Below, piece after piece: positions 40,929-54,394 of a stretch of DNA of 64,000 nt. This stretch comes from Octopus vulgaris (taxonomy: Eukaryota): the NCBI GenBank assembly GCA_951406725.2, contig OX597824.1:42408001-42472000 (forward strand). The letters run 5' to 3'. The stretch's first letter is position 1. Every line of letters starts with the position of its first letter. A model generated the notes under the pieces. The model saw nothing but the letters and a program-made list of their open reading frames with translations, made no database searches and was not told the origin of the DNA. The position numbers and the translations under genes are program-made.

Positions 40929-40931
<3 letters not shown>
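40699..40931 (+). mobile_element. SINE family B (Nin/Deu-domain), full length
   Basis: tRNA-like head, then gccgaggtcgactttgcctttcatcctttcggggtcgataaattaagt, then tail ccccttgtgagtaataaa. Confidence 0.9.
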
Positions 40932-41021
<90 letters not shown>

Positions 41022-41189
41022 GAATAGGTAAGGTGGCCACAGTACTAATGTTGCCCATTGAGACAGAAATATGTAAGAACAGCTATCCTACCTCATCTCC
41101 AGGCAATCGAATTGTCTTTGCGCTAATGGTTTGTAAATTTTGAAGAATTTTCTGATTTTTGAGATTATCAATCTGTTTTCATTTTTGTA

Positions 41190-41227
<38 letters not shown>

Positions 41228-41237
41228 CATACATACA

Positions 41238-41269
<32 letters not shown>

Positions 41270-41282
41270 CACACACACATTT

Positions 41283-41830
41283 GTGGGTCATCCCATAAAT
41301 AATGCGGTTTTTTCTATTGCATGAGCTAAAAAATCGGAGGAGAACAGGACAAAGTACCTGCATCAACTTGCTGTAAAAGCAGGTAGTAATTTTACCTTGC
41401 CCTTATTCTTAGTGCAAGTTTTGAAGAGTGCTGTTCGAGTTTAAATCATTTTTTCCAATTTTACAATGCAAGTAACAAAGGTGCATATTCGGCATATTTT
41501 ACTTCATTAGTTCAATAATGGGAACAACGCAACGGAAAGTACGAAAAATATTAATGCAGTATATGAGGATCGGAGAATAAGCATAATCCAGGGTCAACGG
41601 TGGTTCCAGAAATTCTGAGCCGGAAGTTAGAGCCTAAAAGACGAGCCTTGTTCTGGAAGATATGTAGAACTCGAGGAGGACGTCCTGCATACCCTGGTAG
41701 AACAAAATCAGATCGTAACTGCTGAGGAACAAGCAGAGAAGCTTGGATTTGGTCATTTAACCATTCATCGACACAGGCATACCATCGGAAAAGCCAGTAA
41801 AGAAATTGGAAAATGCATTAGATAAATAAT
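41283..41830 (+). mobile_element. mariner transposase 5' fragment (HTH)
   Basis: HIRHILLH.FNNGNNATESTKNINAVY...QRWFQKF..SLKDEPCSGR...AEKLG...TIHRH. Confidence 0.85.
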
Positions 41831-42166
41831 TCTATCCTAAATTAAGTCAGAAAGGCACGAAAAGGTCACTGCTCTATCCTGCTTTTATTCTCGATCTTCT
41901 TAATCAGAGCCAACTCAATGTTAAGTATCTACAAGAACAATACAAAAAGCAACAATATTATCAGCATACATGTTATTTACAGGTGGGTGCACAAACACAC
42001 ACGGACACACACGTATTTATATATGTATATACATATAAAGACGTACATATGTATGTGTGTGTTTGTATGTGTCTATATATGTGTGTGTGTGTGTGTGTGT
42101 GTAAATATTTTCGACTTTGTGTGAATGTGTATATAATGTGTATATCAGTTCAATAAAGTTAAAACA

Positions 42167-42675
42167 TTGGAGGAAAGATTATTTGACAACATAACGTGGC
42201 AGTCCTGGTTTATGATGTATATAGCTGTAATTTAGCCCCATCGTTATGTTGACAAATAATCTTTAATTCAAAGTACTGTTGCTGAATATCTCTCGTTGTG
42301 AGATTTACTAATAGTAATTTTCTAATTTATAGATCAATGACTTGTTGTAACTCTGAAAACTATATATTTCGAACGGGAATTTGGCAGCACCACATCCAGC
42401 CGAACATTTATTCTGTGCTGATGAAGGGAAATAATCCGGAAATCACGGTACACAGATATTGCTTTGAGCTGATTCGGGGTGCTAGATTCCCTTGTTCGAA
42501 AATATAAGGACAAAGTTCGAGTCGTACAGCTAGCTGGAAACGATATCTCCCGGGGCTAAATTACAGTAATATTCGTCCTAAACCAGGACTGCCATGTTAC
42601 GTTGGCAAATAATCTTTACTCGAAAGTATTGTTGCTGAATATCTCTCGTTGTGAGATTTACAAATAGTAATTTTC
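42167..42675 (+). mobile_element. Non-coding hammerhead-containing insertion (retrozyme/PLE pLTR-like) with 13-bp TSD
   Basis: TSD taaagttaaaaca at 42154-42166 and 42676-42688; direct repeats 42243-42325 and 42596-42678 (offset 353); inverted copy 42174-42239 of 42552-42617. Confidence 0.85.
42412..42456 (+). ncRNA. Type-I hammerhead ribozyme, near intact
   Basis: Stem I tctgtg/cacaga; CTGATGA 42418-42424; stem II gga-aataa-tcc with a G.G mismatch at its base; GAAA 42439-42442; GUA cleavage triplet ending at 42450. Confidence 0.75.
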
Positions 42676-43517
42676 TAAAGTTAAAACAGAGTCTGGTTTT
42701 CACGTTTATTATTATGGTATTTTAACATAAAAAAAGAAAATTTTTGTAATGGTCACAAAGTTAAATTAGCGCTTTCATACCTATGTATCAGATTTCAAAT
42801 GTGTTTAACTGACAAATGAGGTCTTGACAACCTCTTAGAACCCTCCAACAAGCTGAATTTTTAGAATACGGTTTTGACCAATCCGCATGCCACTTAAACA
42901 TCATGGTTTGCCCTCAGCTCTGATAGTCTGGAATTTCTTTATATTCATATGTTAGACAAGTTTTTTAGTCCACATCACTAACTGGTTGTTACATTATTGT
43001 TGTTATTTCCGTTCAGAACAGGTTGGAACATTTTAATAAACCGTTTTTCTTTTATTTTGCGAAGAACAATATATAGGCGAGACAGAGAATGCATTATCAG
43101 AATGCTCGCGAGTCCTCAGACAACAAATCCGGAACACCAATGCTCGCCAAATTCCATCGAGCGAACATATAGAGACATGTGGCCAGAAAATGTTTCTATT
43201 GTTTTCTTTCCACAAACTACATGACACAAGTGAGGTTGGAAGAAAGCTAAAAGAAAAGATTATTAAAATGTTCCAAACTCTTCTGAATATTTAAAACTGT
43301 AGTGTGAAGGTAATTTGGTTGCTATTTCTAGAAATTCCTTTGAGCACAGAGAAGCTTCTATGTCAGCATTATTATTGTTGATGTTGTTGTTGTTCAGTAA
43401 CATCAAATATTATTTCGGTATAATTTATATTTCGAGAAATGTGCTATACAGTCTACTCTGAGTAAGGCTACGGTTTTTAGGCTTTACTCACACGCGCGCG
43501 CACACACACGCACACAC

Positions 43518-43573
<56 letters not shown>

Positions 43574-44479
43574 TCACACACACACACACACGCAGGCACA
43601 CGCACGCACCCACGCACGCACACCAGACCTATCTATTCACCAGTCGGCCTATCACTTTGCCTTTGCCTCTCTTTCTCTCTCTCTCTCTTTCTTTTTCTCC
43701 TTCTCGCTCTCTTTCAATCTATCTACCTATATATATGTGTGTATGTGTGTGTGTGTGTATAGATAGATAGATACATACATACATACATACATACATACAT
43801 ACATACATACACACACTCACACACACATATATATATATATGTATATTAAGAGAGAGAGAGAAGGAGCGAGAGAAAGAAAAGAGAGAGTGAGAGGGAGACA
43901 TGTATTGGTGTGATAACAAAAAAGCATTCCATCTAGGGCGAGATAAATATCATTTCATATACACACGATGTAAATGCGAGCTATTATTACTTTAATGCTT
44001 TGAAAATACAATGGTCTGACAAGCTTGTATTTTCAAGCAATCATTCAGACACAAAATACAACATGGATGGTCCTTAAGAAAATCCGAGTAAGAGCGAGAA
44101 AGGTCGAGAAGAAGAAGGTAAAAGAAGGAAGCGGAATGAGAAAAAAGAAGAGCAAAAGAAATATGGAGATAAAGGAATTAAGCATTACGTCCATTTGACC
44201 CTTTAAAATCAGGATAAATACAGTTATAATTAATTCAATGGGGAAAGGTTATGGATTTGCTTATTCCGAGAGGGAGATGTTTTCCAGTTCAATAATACAA
44301 ATTTGTTCTGATTCTTACATTTATTGAAAATCCCAGATCTAGAATTCAAGTCGGTCGCTAACAACATAGCAAGGTTATTTTGTTTGAGTTAAGACAGCTC
44401 TTGTGGATTGTGGTTATTAGCGTTGTTTTATGTATACACACATGACAAATCCATGGTAAGTTGCTCTTTATGTGTGTAT

Positions 44480-46280
44480 TCATATGTATTCTCATATTAA
44501 TTGTGTGCCTATATCTATCCAGGTACTTCAAATGGAGAATCCTAGAAATGTTTTACAAATATTGACTATTCCTTTAATTGATTATATTTGTTCTCTGCAA
44601 ATCAGTCTACTCAGTTATTTTATGTAGAACCCAAGTATTTCTAGGCTTTTATGCTTTTTTGTTATGTAACCCATTGATAATATTAACAAATGATGAAATA
44701 GTTGTAGTTCTCCAAAGATGTTCTTGTCTTCAACTTTTAAAGAAACATTCACATCCGTTGGGCAGCTAATCTCTATAATAGCGCACGACTTTTGTTCCCT
44801 AACGCATACAATTATATGTGTCCCGTTATACTCACACTTGTTTTTATTGGACTGCTCCACTAGTATTCTTTATTTTTCAAGTTGTGAATACCCTCTGGTT
44901 CTGGTGTACCTTTGGTATGGCAATCAGGACAATCCGCCTTGCGATAATATCATATTTCATGAGAATGAAATATGATATTATGAGACGGTCGTCTCCTGCA
45001 GATATTTTTAGTAAAGTTATTGATGATATGAGTAATATTTTATGCAATCGACAGTTTCTACCACAGCACCGAGGTCTAAAGGCATCTTTATCTCTTTTAT
45101 TGATCAGCTATTTATTATCTGTCTCCTGTTCTTAAATAACAAAAGCATAGCCTTCTATGCTACTTTCGGCTGGTATGACGGATATTACTCTTCCATATCT
45201 CTGTTTAAATGTATCACTCCAGCTAACCAAGATTCACATCAAACTCGGAGTATATGTTCTGGAGTTCTCTGCCTAATTTTACTACGTTATTGCCTTTACT
45301 TTTGAATATAGATGGGATGTATTAATTTCTCTCTTTGCTATTCAGTAGCCTATTCAGTAGGCGTTGTCTCAATGCGGCATTCAGATACCATTTGTATTCA
45401 TTTTATGCCTCTACCTCTATCCACCCGCTTAACATAAATCCTGTAGTGTACTGATTTGGAAGTTACCAGTTATTAATATTTTCCTGGATTTGATATCTGT
45501 TGCGAATTCCTTCAAGTATTTAGACTAGTAACTTAAACACTCTCATTGCCACTGCCACAGCGAAGGTACTCTGGGAAATAGTTTTATTGCATGCAGACAG
45601 CTCTTCCGTATCTTCCAAAAACTGCTGAAGTATTCATATGCAATGTTCTCATCTCTTCCGAGGTACTTGCTATATCCCTCACTAGCGATAAAAGTGATAG
45701 AAAGCTGTTGATATCCTTATTCCTAGCCCAGTCAACAATCTTTCCTCGTTTGAGCACCAAATATAAAGACTTGTACTGGAAAACTCCATTTTCATGTCTC
45801 ATGAGAACCTTATGGCCAGTTCTAACTGCTTCTTATTGTCATGGGTATTACTCGAGTATAGCTTAAAGTTATCATCAACAATGATGGGCGTGAAATTAAT
45901 CTTTCTTTCATATGCAGTTCCTGTCATATTGTCTGCATTTGCTTAACAGGGTTGACAAGTTTACTGCTTGGATGAAAAACATTAGAGATAAACAGTCACC
46001 CTGAATTATTTCTGCTGGTAGCCTAATTCTGTTTGTGAGTATAGTATTAATAATAGCTTCAATTCTTAATGACAGCTGGGAGAACAGTGTTACTGTCACC
46101 TTCTTAATGGTATTGACTATAGCAGTTGAAACCTTAGTAAGGTATCTCAAGTATCCATGAGTGAAGAATAGAGTCAAATGCTTTCTCACTGTCTAGCCCT
46201 GCAGGCATCAGATTTCGGCAGTGCTGTTCGCTTCTTTAAGGACTGCTTAGCTCATGAGCAGTTGTTCCCACAGCCTGCTC
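44480..46280 (-). mobile_element. Decayed R4/Dong-like LINE (RT to RLE)
   Basis: IIQGDCLSLMFFIQAVN (RT motif) and CAIIEISCPTDVNVSLK (RLE) on the minus strand. Confidence 0.75.
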
Positions 46281-46879
46281 TTCAGTCACTACATTGTATA
46301 TTTTACAGTGATCCTGGAAGAAGGCATTCAAATAACCTTTATATAATTTATACATCACATTCAAGCATGCTATTGGTCTCTAGATTTTAGCCCGATGTCT
46401 CTCGCGGCTTTTAACTACTAGTGATATACATGCATCTGCCAACCAATCTGACATTTCAATCTTAGAGTTCGTTGTTCCTTTGAACAAGTTGACGAGGGCT
46501 GTCTTGGAGAATGTGAGCCTTCTAAATCAAACCGACTATAAGGTCCATCCCATTTGTCAGTCTTTAAACAACCGCTAGATATTATAAGTTTCAGGTGAGA
46601 CATTTGCACAGCATTCAGTATGTATTTCATCTGATGTCATGGCATTACGATTGTGTTGTTTGTTCACATTCCAGATCGGCTTTTCATACTGCAATACACT
46701 GCCGATGGGTTTATTACAAACCTGCAGTTGATGGATTTTTCGTTCTTGTGGATATTTTTTACTATATATGTATATTTTAAAATGTTTCCTTGCCGCTCGC
46801 AGTCTGTATTACAAACTGTATTGCTTCTTTGCAGGTAAACTGACATCTGACCGTTCAAAGAAGACTTCAAAAGTAACTA

Positions 46880-47930
46880 GAAGCGAAAATCGACAGAATG
46901 TGGCACCGTAGTGTTATCAAGTACATGCAGAAAAAAGGGTTTAGCCTCCAGCGAATTCATGCTAACATGGTTGCTACATTAGATGATGACGCTCTAGTTT
47001 TATCAACAGCGTAAAAGTGGGCAGCTGAATTTAGTAAGGAAACGGAGAGTCTTGAAGATGACCCAATGTTTGGACGTCCGACATCTTCCACCACCGAGGA
47101 AAATATTGATTGTGTTCACCACATGATGAGAGATGACAAGCGACTGAATATCAATCAAATAGCCAGTGAGAGAGAGAGATGAGAATATTCTGCACAATAA
47201 ACTTGGTATGATGAAGGTTTCTGGTCGGAGGAGGCTTCATCTTCTGACACCTCATTAAAAGCGCACCAGGATGATCACATCACAAGATCACACGTTGCTT
47301 GAGATCATGCTGGTTTCCTCAAATATTTCCTAACCTGAGATGATTGTTGGATTCACTTTGTGCCAGAGACAAAGTGATAATCCGTGCAATGCAACCATCC
47401 CTCCTCACTTTCTCCAAAGAAGGCCAAACACGTTTCATCAAAGGGATGGCCTCAGCGTTTTGGGGTAATGTAAATGGCATTATATTTATCTTCAAAAGGG
47501 CCACACCATCAATGGTGAGTACTGTGTCAACTTGATGAGGCAGTTACGAAAGGTTATCAAGGCCAGGAAAACTGATGAAGGGCGTCTTTTTTCAAGACAA
47601 TGCTCCAGCACACAAACCCTTGGTTTCAGTGGCTGATGTTGATCATCCTCCTATTCTCCTGATTTGGCCCCAACTGACTATCATCTGTTCCCCAGCATGA
47701 TACAATAGTTGGCTGGGAACCAGTATCACAGTGATGAATACATCATATCTGATGTTTATGACATTTTTACTAAAATGAAAGCTTCGTCACCGAAGGATCC
47801 AAGCACTGTAACACCGATGGAAGAAGTGTGTGGATTGTAAGAGAGATTATGTTGAAGAATAAACCTTATTTGGTCACATTCCATGAAAGTATCTTGATCA
47901 GCCAATGAACTTTTCAGCCGACACCCGTAA
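46880..47930 (+). mobile_element. mariner transposon, decayed transposase and right TIR
   Basis: HRSVIKYMQKKG...KWAAEF...SLEDDPMFGRP; FQDNAPAH; SPDLAPTDYHLFP; TIR gaacttttcagccgacacccg followed by TA. Confidence 0.9.
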
Positions 47931-48489
47931 CTTAATATAGCAAGTCATTCTGCCCGATCAACTACCGCTTCTACCAATCACTGCCTTTAAAGACTTCACG
48001 AGATTGATTTCTTTAGAGTTTATTTCTATGGTTTAGTCAAAAGCGAGGTGCCAACGCGATGATTTCATTAGGGCCTGAAGGCCAAAATGCTTGAGAGCCT
48101 GAAGGCCTGAGGACCTAAGAGCCTGGTGGTGAAAATAAGTGAGGGAAAGAACGACACTCTATAAGTTACTGCTGTAGGAGGTAGCATATCAAGATATTAA
48201 CATATTCTCGGACAGAAAATCGGATCCAAGTGTTTGGATTTATTCGAAGCACCAAAGAGCCATGTGGGGGCATTAACCGGCAAATTCACCAAATTAAGGA
48301 AATTGTAAATTGGAAGGTACAGAATTCACGACCTTCATGGGGGCATTAGATATAAAAGAAAAGAAACATAGCTTCGTACCGGACTTGGAACCTATGAATT
48401 GTTACGTTACTTTTTTATATACATATTATTTATTTTTTCTTGAAGACAGGATTGTTTTCATGACTCTCTCGCAAATCCTTCAAGACTGA

Positions 48490-48790
48490 TAGGAAGTCTA
48501 TGAAGTTGATGTTATTGAACAACACATACGAGAGAAAAAATACAGGCAGAGAGAAAATTCCGAAGGACTGATGTTCTGGGAAGGAAGGTATAAGAAAGGG
48601 GTCAATGATTAACGGACAGTTGAGCAAATTATTTAAGCTGCAGTAAATACTTGAACAAACGGCAACTCCTCTAAGCGACTGCAGATATCTGCCAGTATTT
48701 CCATTGTCATATGTTCACTTCTGAGCTGTTAAATTTCGTGGTGGGGGCCTCCTTCCAGCACCACGTGGAAATATAAATATTGTCAAGCTA
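48490..48790 (-). mobile_element. Decayed CR1/L2-group LINE 3' fragment
   Basis: Similarity to 12895-13340. Confidence 0.45.
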
Positions 48791-48892
48791 TTATGGCTGT
48801 CGTTATTATCGTCGTCGTTTAGTCCCAGTTGAATTTACAATATTTATGTGTACATCATAGTTGTCGGTTTTGATGTTCCGATTGCTGTCCCT

Positions 48893-48982
<90 letters not shown>

Positions 48983-49660
48983 CAAAGAGGAGGAGGAGGG
49001 GTAAAGAGGAGGGAGAGGAAGTGGAGGAGGGAGAGGAAGAGGAGGAGGGGGAAGGAGAAGAAGAGGGGAGGAGGAGGGGAGGGGTGAATGGGGAGGAGGG
49101 GCGAAGAGGGAGAGAAGGAGGACAAGGAGGAGGGGATGAAGGGGGAGGGGGAAGGGGGCGAAGAGGAAGAGAACGAGAACGAGAAGGAGGGGCATGAGGA
49201 GTAGGAGGAGGAGGAAGAGGAGGGGATGAAGAGGAAAAGGAGGAGGAGGAGGAAGAAGAAGAAGAGGGAGAGTGGAGTGGGTGATGATCTTGCATTTCTC
49301 AATTTCTGTATGTAAATTCGAAGAATGTTATTTTACTCGATCCAAAATCGTTTTACGCCTCTTTTAACGCAGAAAGTATGAGTGTCACTACATTCACTTA
49401 TGGGACATCTTCTATTCTACCCTGATGTAGAATATACGCATTTCTTTCTAAATGATTTTTTTCATTATTTCGTCATAACGTTTTTGCCGTTGTTGCAAAT
49501 GGTTTTGTCATTTTATGCTGTGTTTAACGTTAACATTGAACTGTTTTGGTAGCTGTTGCTGTCATTCATGTTGTCAATGTTGTTGTTAACATGGTTATTT
49601 AAGTTTTTGTTGGTACGATTGTGCATGTCACTTCCTTTTGGTGTTAATTTTCTTCCTGGT

Positions 49661-50010
49661 TAAGGCAGCGAACCGGCAGAATCGTCAGTACGCCGGGCGA
49701 AATGCGTAGCAGTATTTCGCTTGCCGTTACGTTCTGAGTACACATTCCGCCGAGGTCGACTTTGCCTTTCATCCTTTCGGGGTCGATAAATTAAGTACCA
49801 GTTATAATAATCGATTTAATCTGTTTGTCTGTCCTTGTTTGTCCTCTCTGTGTTTAGTCCCTTGTGGGTAGTAAAGAAATAGGTATTTCGTCTGTCTTTA
49901 TGTTCTGAGTTCAAATTCCAGCGAGGCCGACTTTACCTTCCATCTTCTCGTGATCGATAAAATAAGTAGTTGAGAACAGGGGTCCATGAAGTCGACTTTC
50001 TCTTCCACCC
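49661..50010 (+). mobile_element. SINE family B: well-conserved copy followed by the body of a more diverged copy
   Basis: Nin-like core occurs twice (49748-49800 and 49920-49970). Confidence 0.85.
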
Positions 50011-50377
50011 AAATATTTGTTGTTGGCAATGGAGCTATTCGTTTTTGTTGCTGTTGTTGTTGTTGTCATCTTTATTGTTGTTTATGATGTCAGGGTTAGT
50101 GATGGTATGTTGTTGTCCGTGGTAGAGGTGGTGTTTGTAGTAGATGTTATTTCTGTCTCTTTCATTTTTTTTCTCGTTGTTTTTGTTACTTAGTTCCAGG
50201 TTTACCCTGATCAAGCACACACGGATTTTATGGGTTCCAGCTATGAGAAACCATTCTCTCTTTTAGAGGTATTAGTGACTACAGTGTTGAACGTGTCTTC
50301 TCCTTGTTCAAGAGAGGTAGGTGTGATCTGAAGTGCATTTCGCTGCTATTTCTAGTAGCTCTACAAACCACGTAGAG

Positions 50378-50433
<56 letters not shown>

Positions 50434-51560
50434 TTTTGCCTTAATACCTAATTCTGAGATGAGGATTAGTAGGAATTATTTTAACTATGAGTACCAAATA
50501 CAAGTGAATAAATACCTGTGTAATTGTAAAAAAAAATTGTCTGTTCTTTAGAAAATCAATGTTTAAGGGAAAATATAGTGTACCAATGTAAGGTAATTGC
50601 AGGGCATCATAAGTATTATTACATAGATTCATCTGCTACAGTTCGTAAGTATTTATTTTATAATCATTCTCATTCATTTAAGTATAGAAGAAAAGGTAAT
50701 TCTAGAAATCTTAGTAAATGCATTTGAAATATAAAGGATAAGAACATTAAGTATGATCTAGTATTAGTTACGCACAGTCGTACATTATTTGTAATCCTAC
50801 CTGTGATCTTTGCCCTGAAAAAGTGCATTATATAATTACTTCTCAATTATTATCATTAAATTTTAATGGGAATTTTACAATGAAATATTGTCTCAAATTG
50901 CGGAAGGCATTTAAATATTTCAATTCTTAATTATAATTGTTTTCATTTATTATATAATAATCATATTTTTTCTAAAAAAAACACAGTTTAGTGTATTTGA
51001 TAAAAAGATAACTAATTGTCGTGACATAAAATCTCTCTGTTTCTAATGGTCGTAACGTAGAATTCCTGTTTATTTTTCATTCTTTCGTTATCCACTGACA
51101 TCACAAAGAGTTGGATACAGAAATAGCTTTTCTGAGATAACATTTCTTCTTAACGTTCTTTTTGTATGCGTTCGTGTACTGGAAATACATTCTTAGTCCA
51201 CTTTGAATTTTCATTAATTTTGGATCACCTTGAAAACATTGCATTGTATTCTCGGATATATTAATTTGGATGGTATTTTCTGCATCAAAATATGTCGAGG
51301 CAACAGAAACAATCGTCGGTTTTGTTTAGTAAATCCCACAATTAAAAATGTGATTTTCCCTATCCGTATTTTTGTTGTCCTATACTCTAAATTTCTCAAA
51401 ATAATTCTAAATGATATTTGGATCTACTTGTCATACACGAGGAATTACTTTGGATCTGTATTCTACTTGCATTTATTGGTTTCTGATTGTTGGATATAGT
51501 TAACCAAATTCGTTTAAAACTGAGTACTTTATTGATATCTGCCTATATTTTTAAATATAT

Positions 51561-51640
<80 letters not shown>

Positions 51641-51840
51641 CAATAAGAAAATGAAGGGGATCAATAGGTGGTATTCATCAAGTTTTAGACATTATACTAT
51701 GTCAATTTATTTATTTATTTACTAAAATGACAATTACAACAATATACATACATGTATAACATTATGCTTTACATATATAATATATAAAGATAATAGTATT
51801 TATTACAATATATAACATACAGGAATAGAAATTGGGAAAA

Positions 51841-51966
51841 TATCTTACAGCTGTTTCAGCCAAGAGGCAAAAATACCTCATTCTAATTTATCCCTCCAGT
51901 AGACTGAAGTAATTAGTAGATGAAATTGAGGTACTTGTGTGTTTCTCTAGGCTTCGTCAGGGAATT
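51841..51966 (-). ncRNA. Hammerhead motif with intact core and a 96-nt rod-like stem II
   Basis: Minus strand: CTGACGA (51960-51954) agcc-t-agag...ctct-t-ggct GAAA cagctg TA; stem I poorly paired. Confidence 0.65.
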
Positions 51967-52372
51967 TAGAAAGTACATAAGGTTAAGTTATCAATATAAA
52001 TACACACACATATACATACTTATACATATACATACATATACATAAATAAATATAAATACATATACCTACACTTAAATGTGCATACATATTTGCAAGAATC
52101 ATTATTGTTATTATTATTAGTTGCATTATATTATTCATATTAGATAAACTATAAACAGAGGTTTGAGAAAGTTATAAGAGGAGTAATATAATTTATAAAA
52201 TCAATATATCGTGTATCATTATAATTATATAATATAATTATAACAATAATACACAAACATATATATTTTCATATAAACGTGGAAATATATACAAACTACT
52301 ACAGTTATCCTCCATTCTTAACGCATATAATACGTATGTACCTATGAGTATGTTTGAGCGGAAATATATATG

Positions 52373-52487
<115 letters not shown>

Positions 52488-52499
52488 TCCTCATGTATA

Positions 52500-52830
52500 T
52501 GCAGTTTCATTCTTACATAACTAAAATAACTTTAAGATATATTGGTCCGACAGCTATCGTATTCCCCAGATTTCGCCCCTTGCGACTTTTTCCTCTTTCC
52601 AAGAATCAAATCTCGCTTGAAAGGAAGATTTCACTACTTTCGAGAAAATCAAAGTGTATGTGACGAGGCAGCTGCTGATTATCCCAGAAAACGACTTTCA
52701 GGAATGCTTCCATTAATGGAAACAGCGCTGGAATAAGTGTGTGGCTTTCGAAGGGGACTACTTTGAGGAGATTAAATGCCAAATTGGTATGTGTTGTAGT
52801 TTTGTTTTTATAGCACCAGTCCGGATATAC
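52500..52830 (+). mobile_element. mariner 3' fragment
   Basis: YSPDFAPCDFFLFPRIKSRLKG and RWNKCVAFEGDYFE. Confidence 0.9.
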
Positions 52831-52844
52831 ATATATCTGTGCTA

Positions 52845-53035
52845 CCCACCACCAATTGACAGCAGGTACCAGTTTGTTTACGTCCTCGCAATGAAGCAGT
52901 TTGGCAAAAGAGACCGATAAAATAGTTGTCAGACTTTAAAAAAATAAGTACTGGCATCGATTCGTTCAACGAAAATACCTCAAATCAGTGCCCCAGCATG
53001 GCCGTAGTCTAATGAAATAAGCAAAAGAAAAAAGA
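52845..53035 (+). mobile_element. SINE family A, 3' part
   Basis: ggcaaaagagaccgataaaata...gtactggcatcgattcgttc...gccccagcatggccg. Confidence 0.75.
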
Positions 53036-53064
53036 TAGACGAGGATGATGATGATGATGATGAT

Positions 53065-54375
53065 TGTATATAAACTACCTGGGGATATTTGAGGCAGATC
53101 GAATTAAGTATAATGATATGAAAGAAAAGATAGCAAATGCGTATCTGCAGCGATGGCGAAAAGCATTGGATTCAACGTTGAATGTCAGGAACATAATTCC
53201 GGTAATAAACTCACGCGCAGTCGCAGTGGTTTGGTATGGAACTGGAATTCTGAAGTGGACTGAGGATGAAGTAAAGGAGTTGGACAGGAAGACAAGAAAG
53301 CTCCTAACAACGCACGGAGCCCATATCATCAATGTGCAGACACTGATCGTATATACATGAAGAAAGCAAATGGAGGAAAGGGACCGATAAGTGCGGAAGA
53401 CTGTGTACATATTGAACTTGGGAACCTGCTGCGGTATCTATCCCTAAGTGAGGAAACCTTGCCACGGGCAGTTTGAGATAAGGGCAGTTTGAAATCAGGT
53501 AAAGAGCAAAACAAGAATTACAGGAAGGATATGAAGAAGCACTACGCAACAAGAGACTACACAATCAATTCCATGTAGCTACAAATGAAGTTGTTGGTAA
53601 ATATACGCGGAACTGGTTGAAGAAGGTAACACTGAAAAAGAGACCGAGAGCAGAATAATGGCAGCGAAAGGCCAGGCTTTGGCCAGAAATGGAAGGGTTA
53701 ACTTTAGAAATGAGCAAGTGTTTTCATTGCACCCAATCTGTAATAGAGTTAACAAAATCATTGCTCATATAATGAATGAATACCCTGGACTTGCCAAAAT
53801 CAATATAAGTTGTGGCGACATGATGAGATAGCGAAAGTGCTGCACTGGAAACTTTGTGAAAAGTGGAGGCCAGAGAGAGGCAAAACGTCATATGAATACA
53901 AACCACGAAGAGTAGCGGAGTCAGGGACCTGAAAGTCTAGTGATATTTCCCAATCCAAACAAACCGGGTGCTTCAGCACAACTAGCGGTGGTGGACAAGG
54001 TGACCCATATATACTATATAATTGATGTTGCGTGCCCCTTTGACACACATATAGTCAAGAAGGAAGACATAAAAGTAGACATACATCACTTTTAAATAAA
54101 AGATAGCGTGACTGTAGAAAATGAAGATGAAGATAGTAGCAATTATTGTTGAGTCCTTGGGAACAGTATCAGAAGGCATCAAAGAAGAATGTAAAGGAAA
54201 TGGCAATAGTGTGCCAGTAGAATTTTTACAAAATGTTTGCCTCCTTGGCACGGCCAGAATAATCAGGATAGTATTAGATAGTTGAAAAGAGCAGATAGCA
54301 AGGGACCGTAGGCTGCAGGTAGCAAGCCCGCTACGAATGCAAGGCTCCAGGCGTTCTAAGAAAACTTAAGTTAAA
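53065..54375 (+). mobile_element. R4/Dong-like LINE, 5'-truncated and decayed
   Basis: YLGIFEAD...AYLQRWRKALDSTLN...LKWTEDEVKELDRKTRKLLT..GAH; IIDVACPFD; VCLLGTARIIR; lies between (GAT)n and (AAT)n. Confidence 0.9.
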
Positions 54376-54394
54376 GAATAATAGTAATAATAAT

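Noticed and set aside
48806-49302. Pro/Ser-rich and poly-T/Y ORFs
   Set aside because: Derived from (GTA)n and a GA-rich low-complexity tract.
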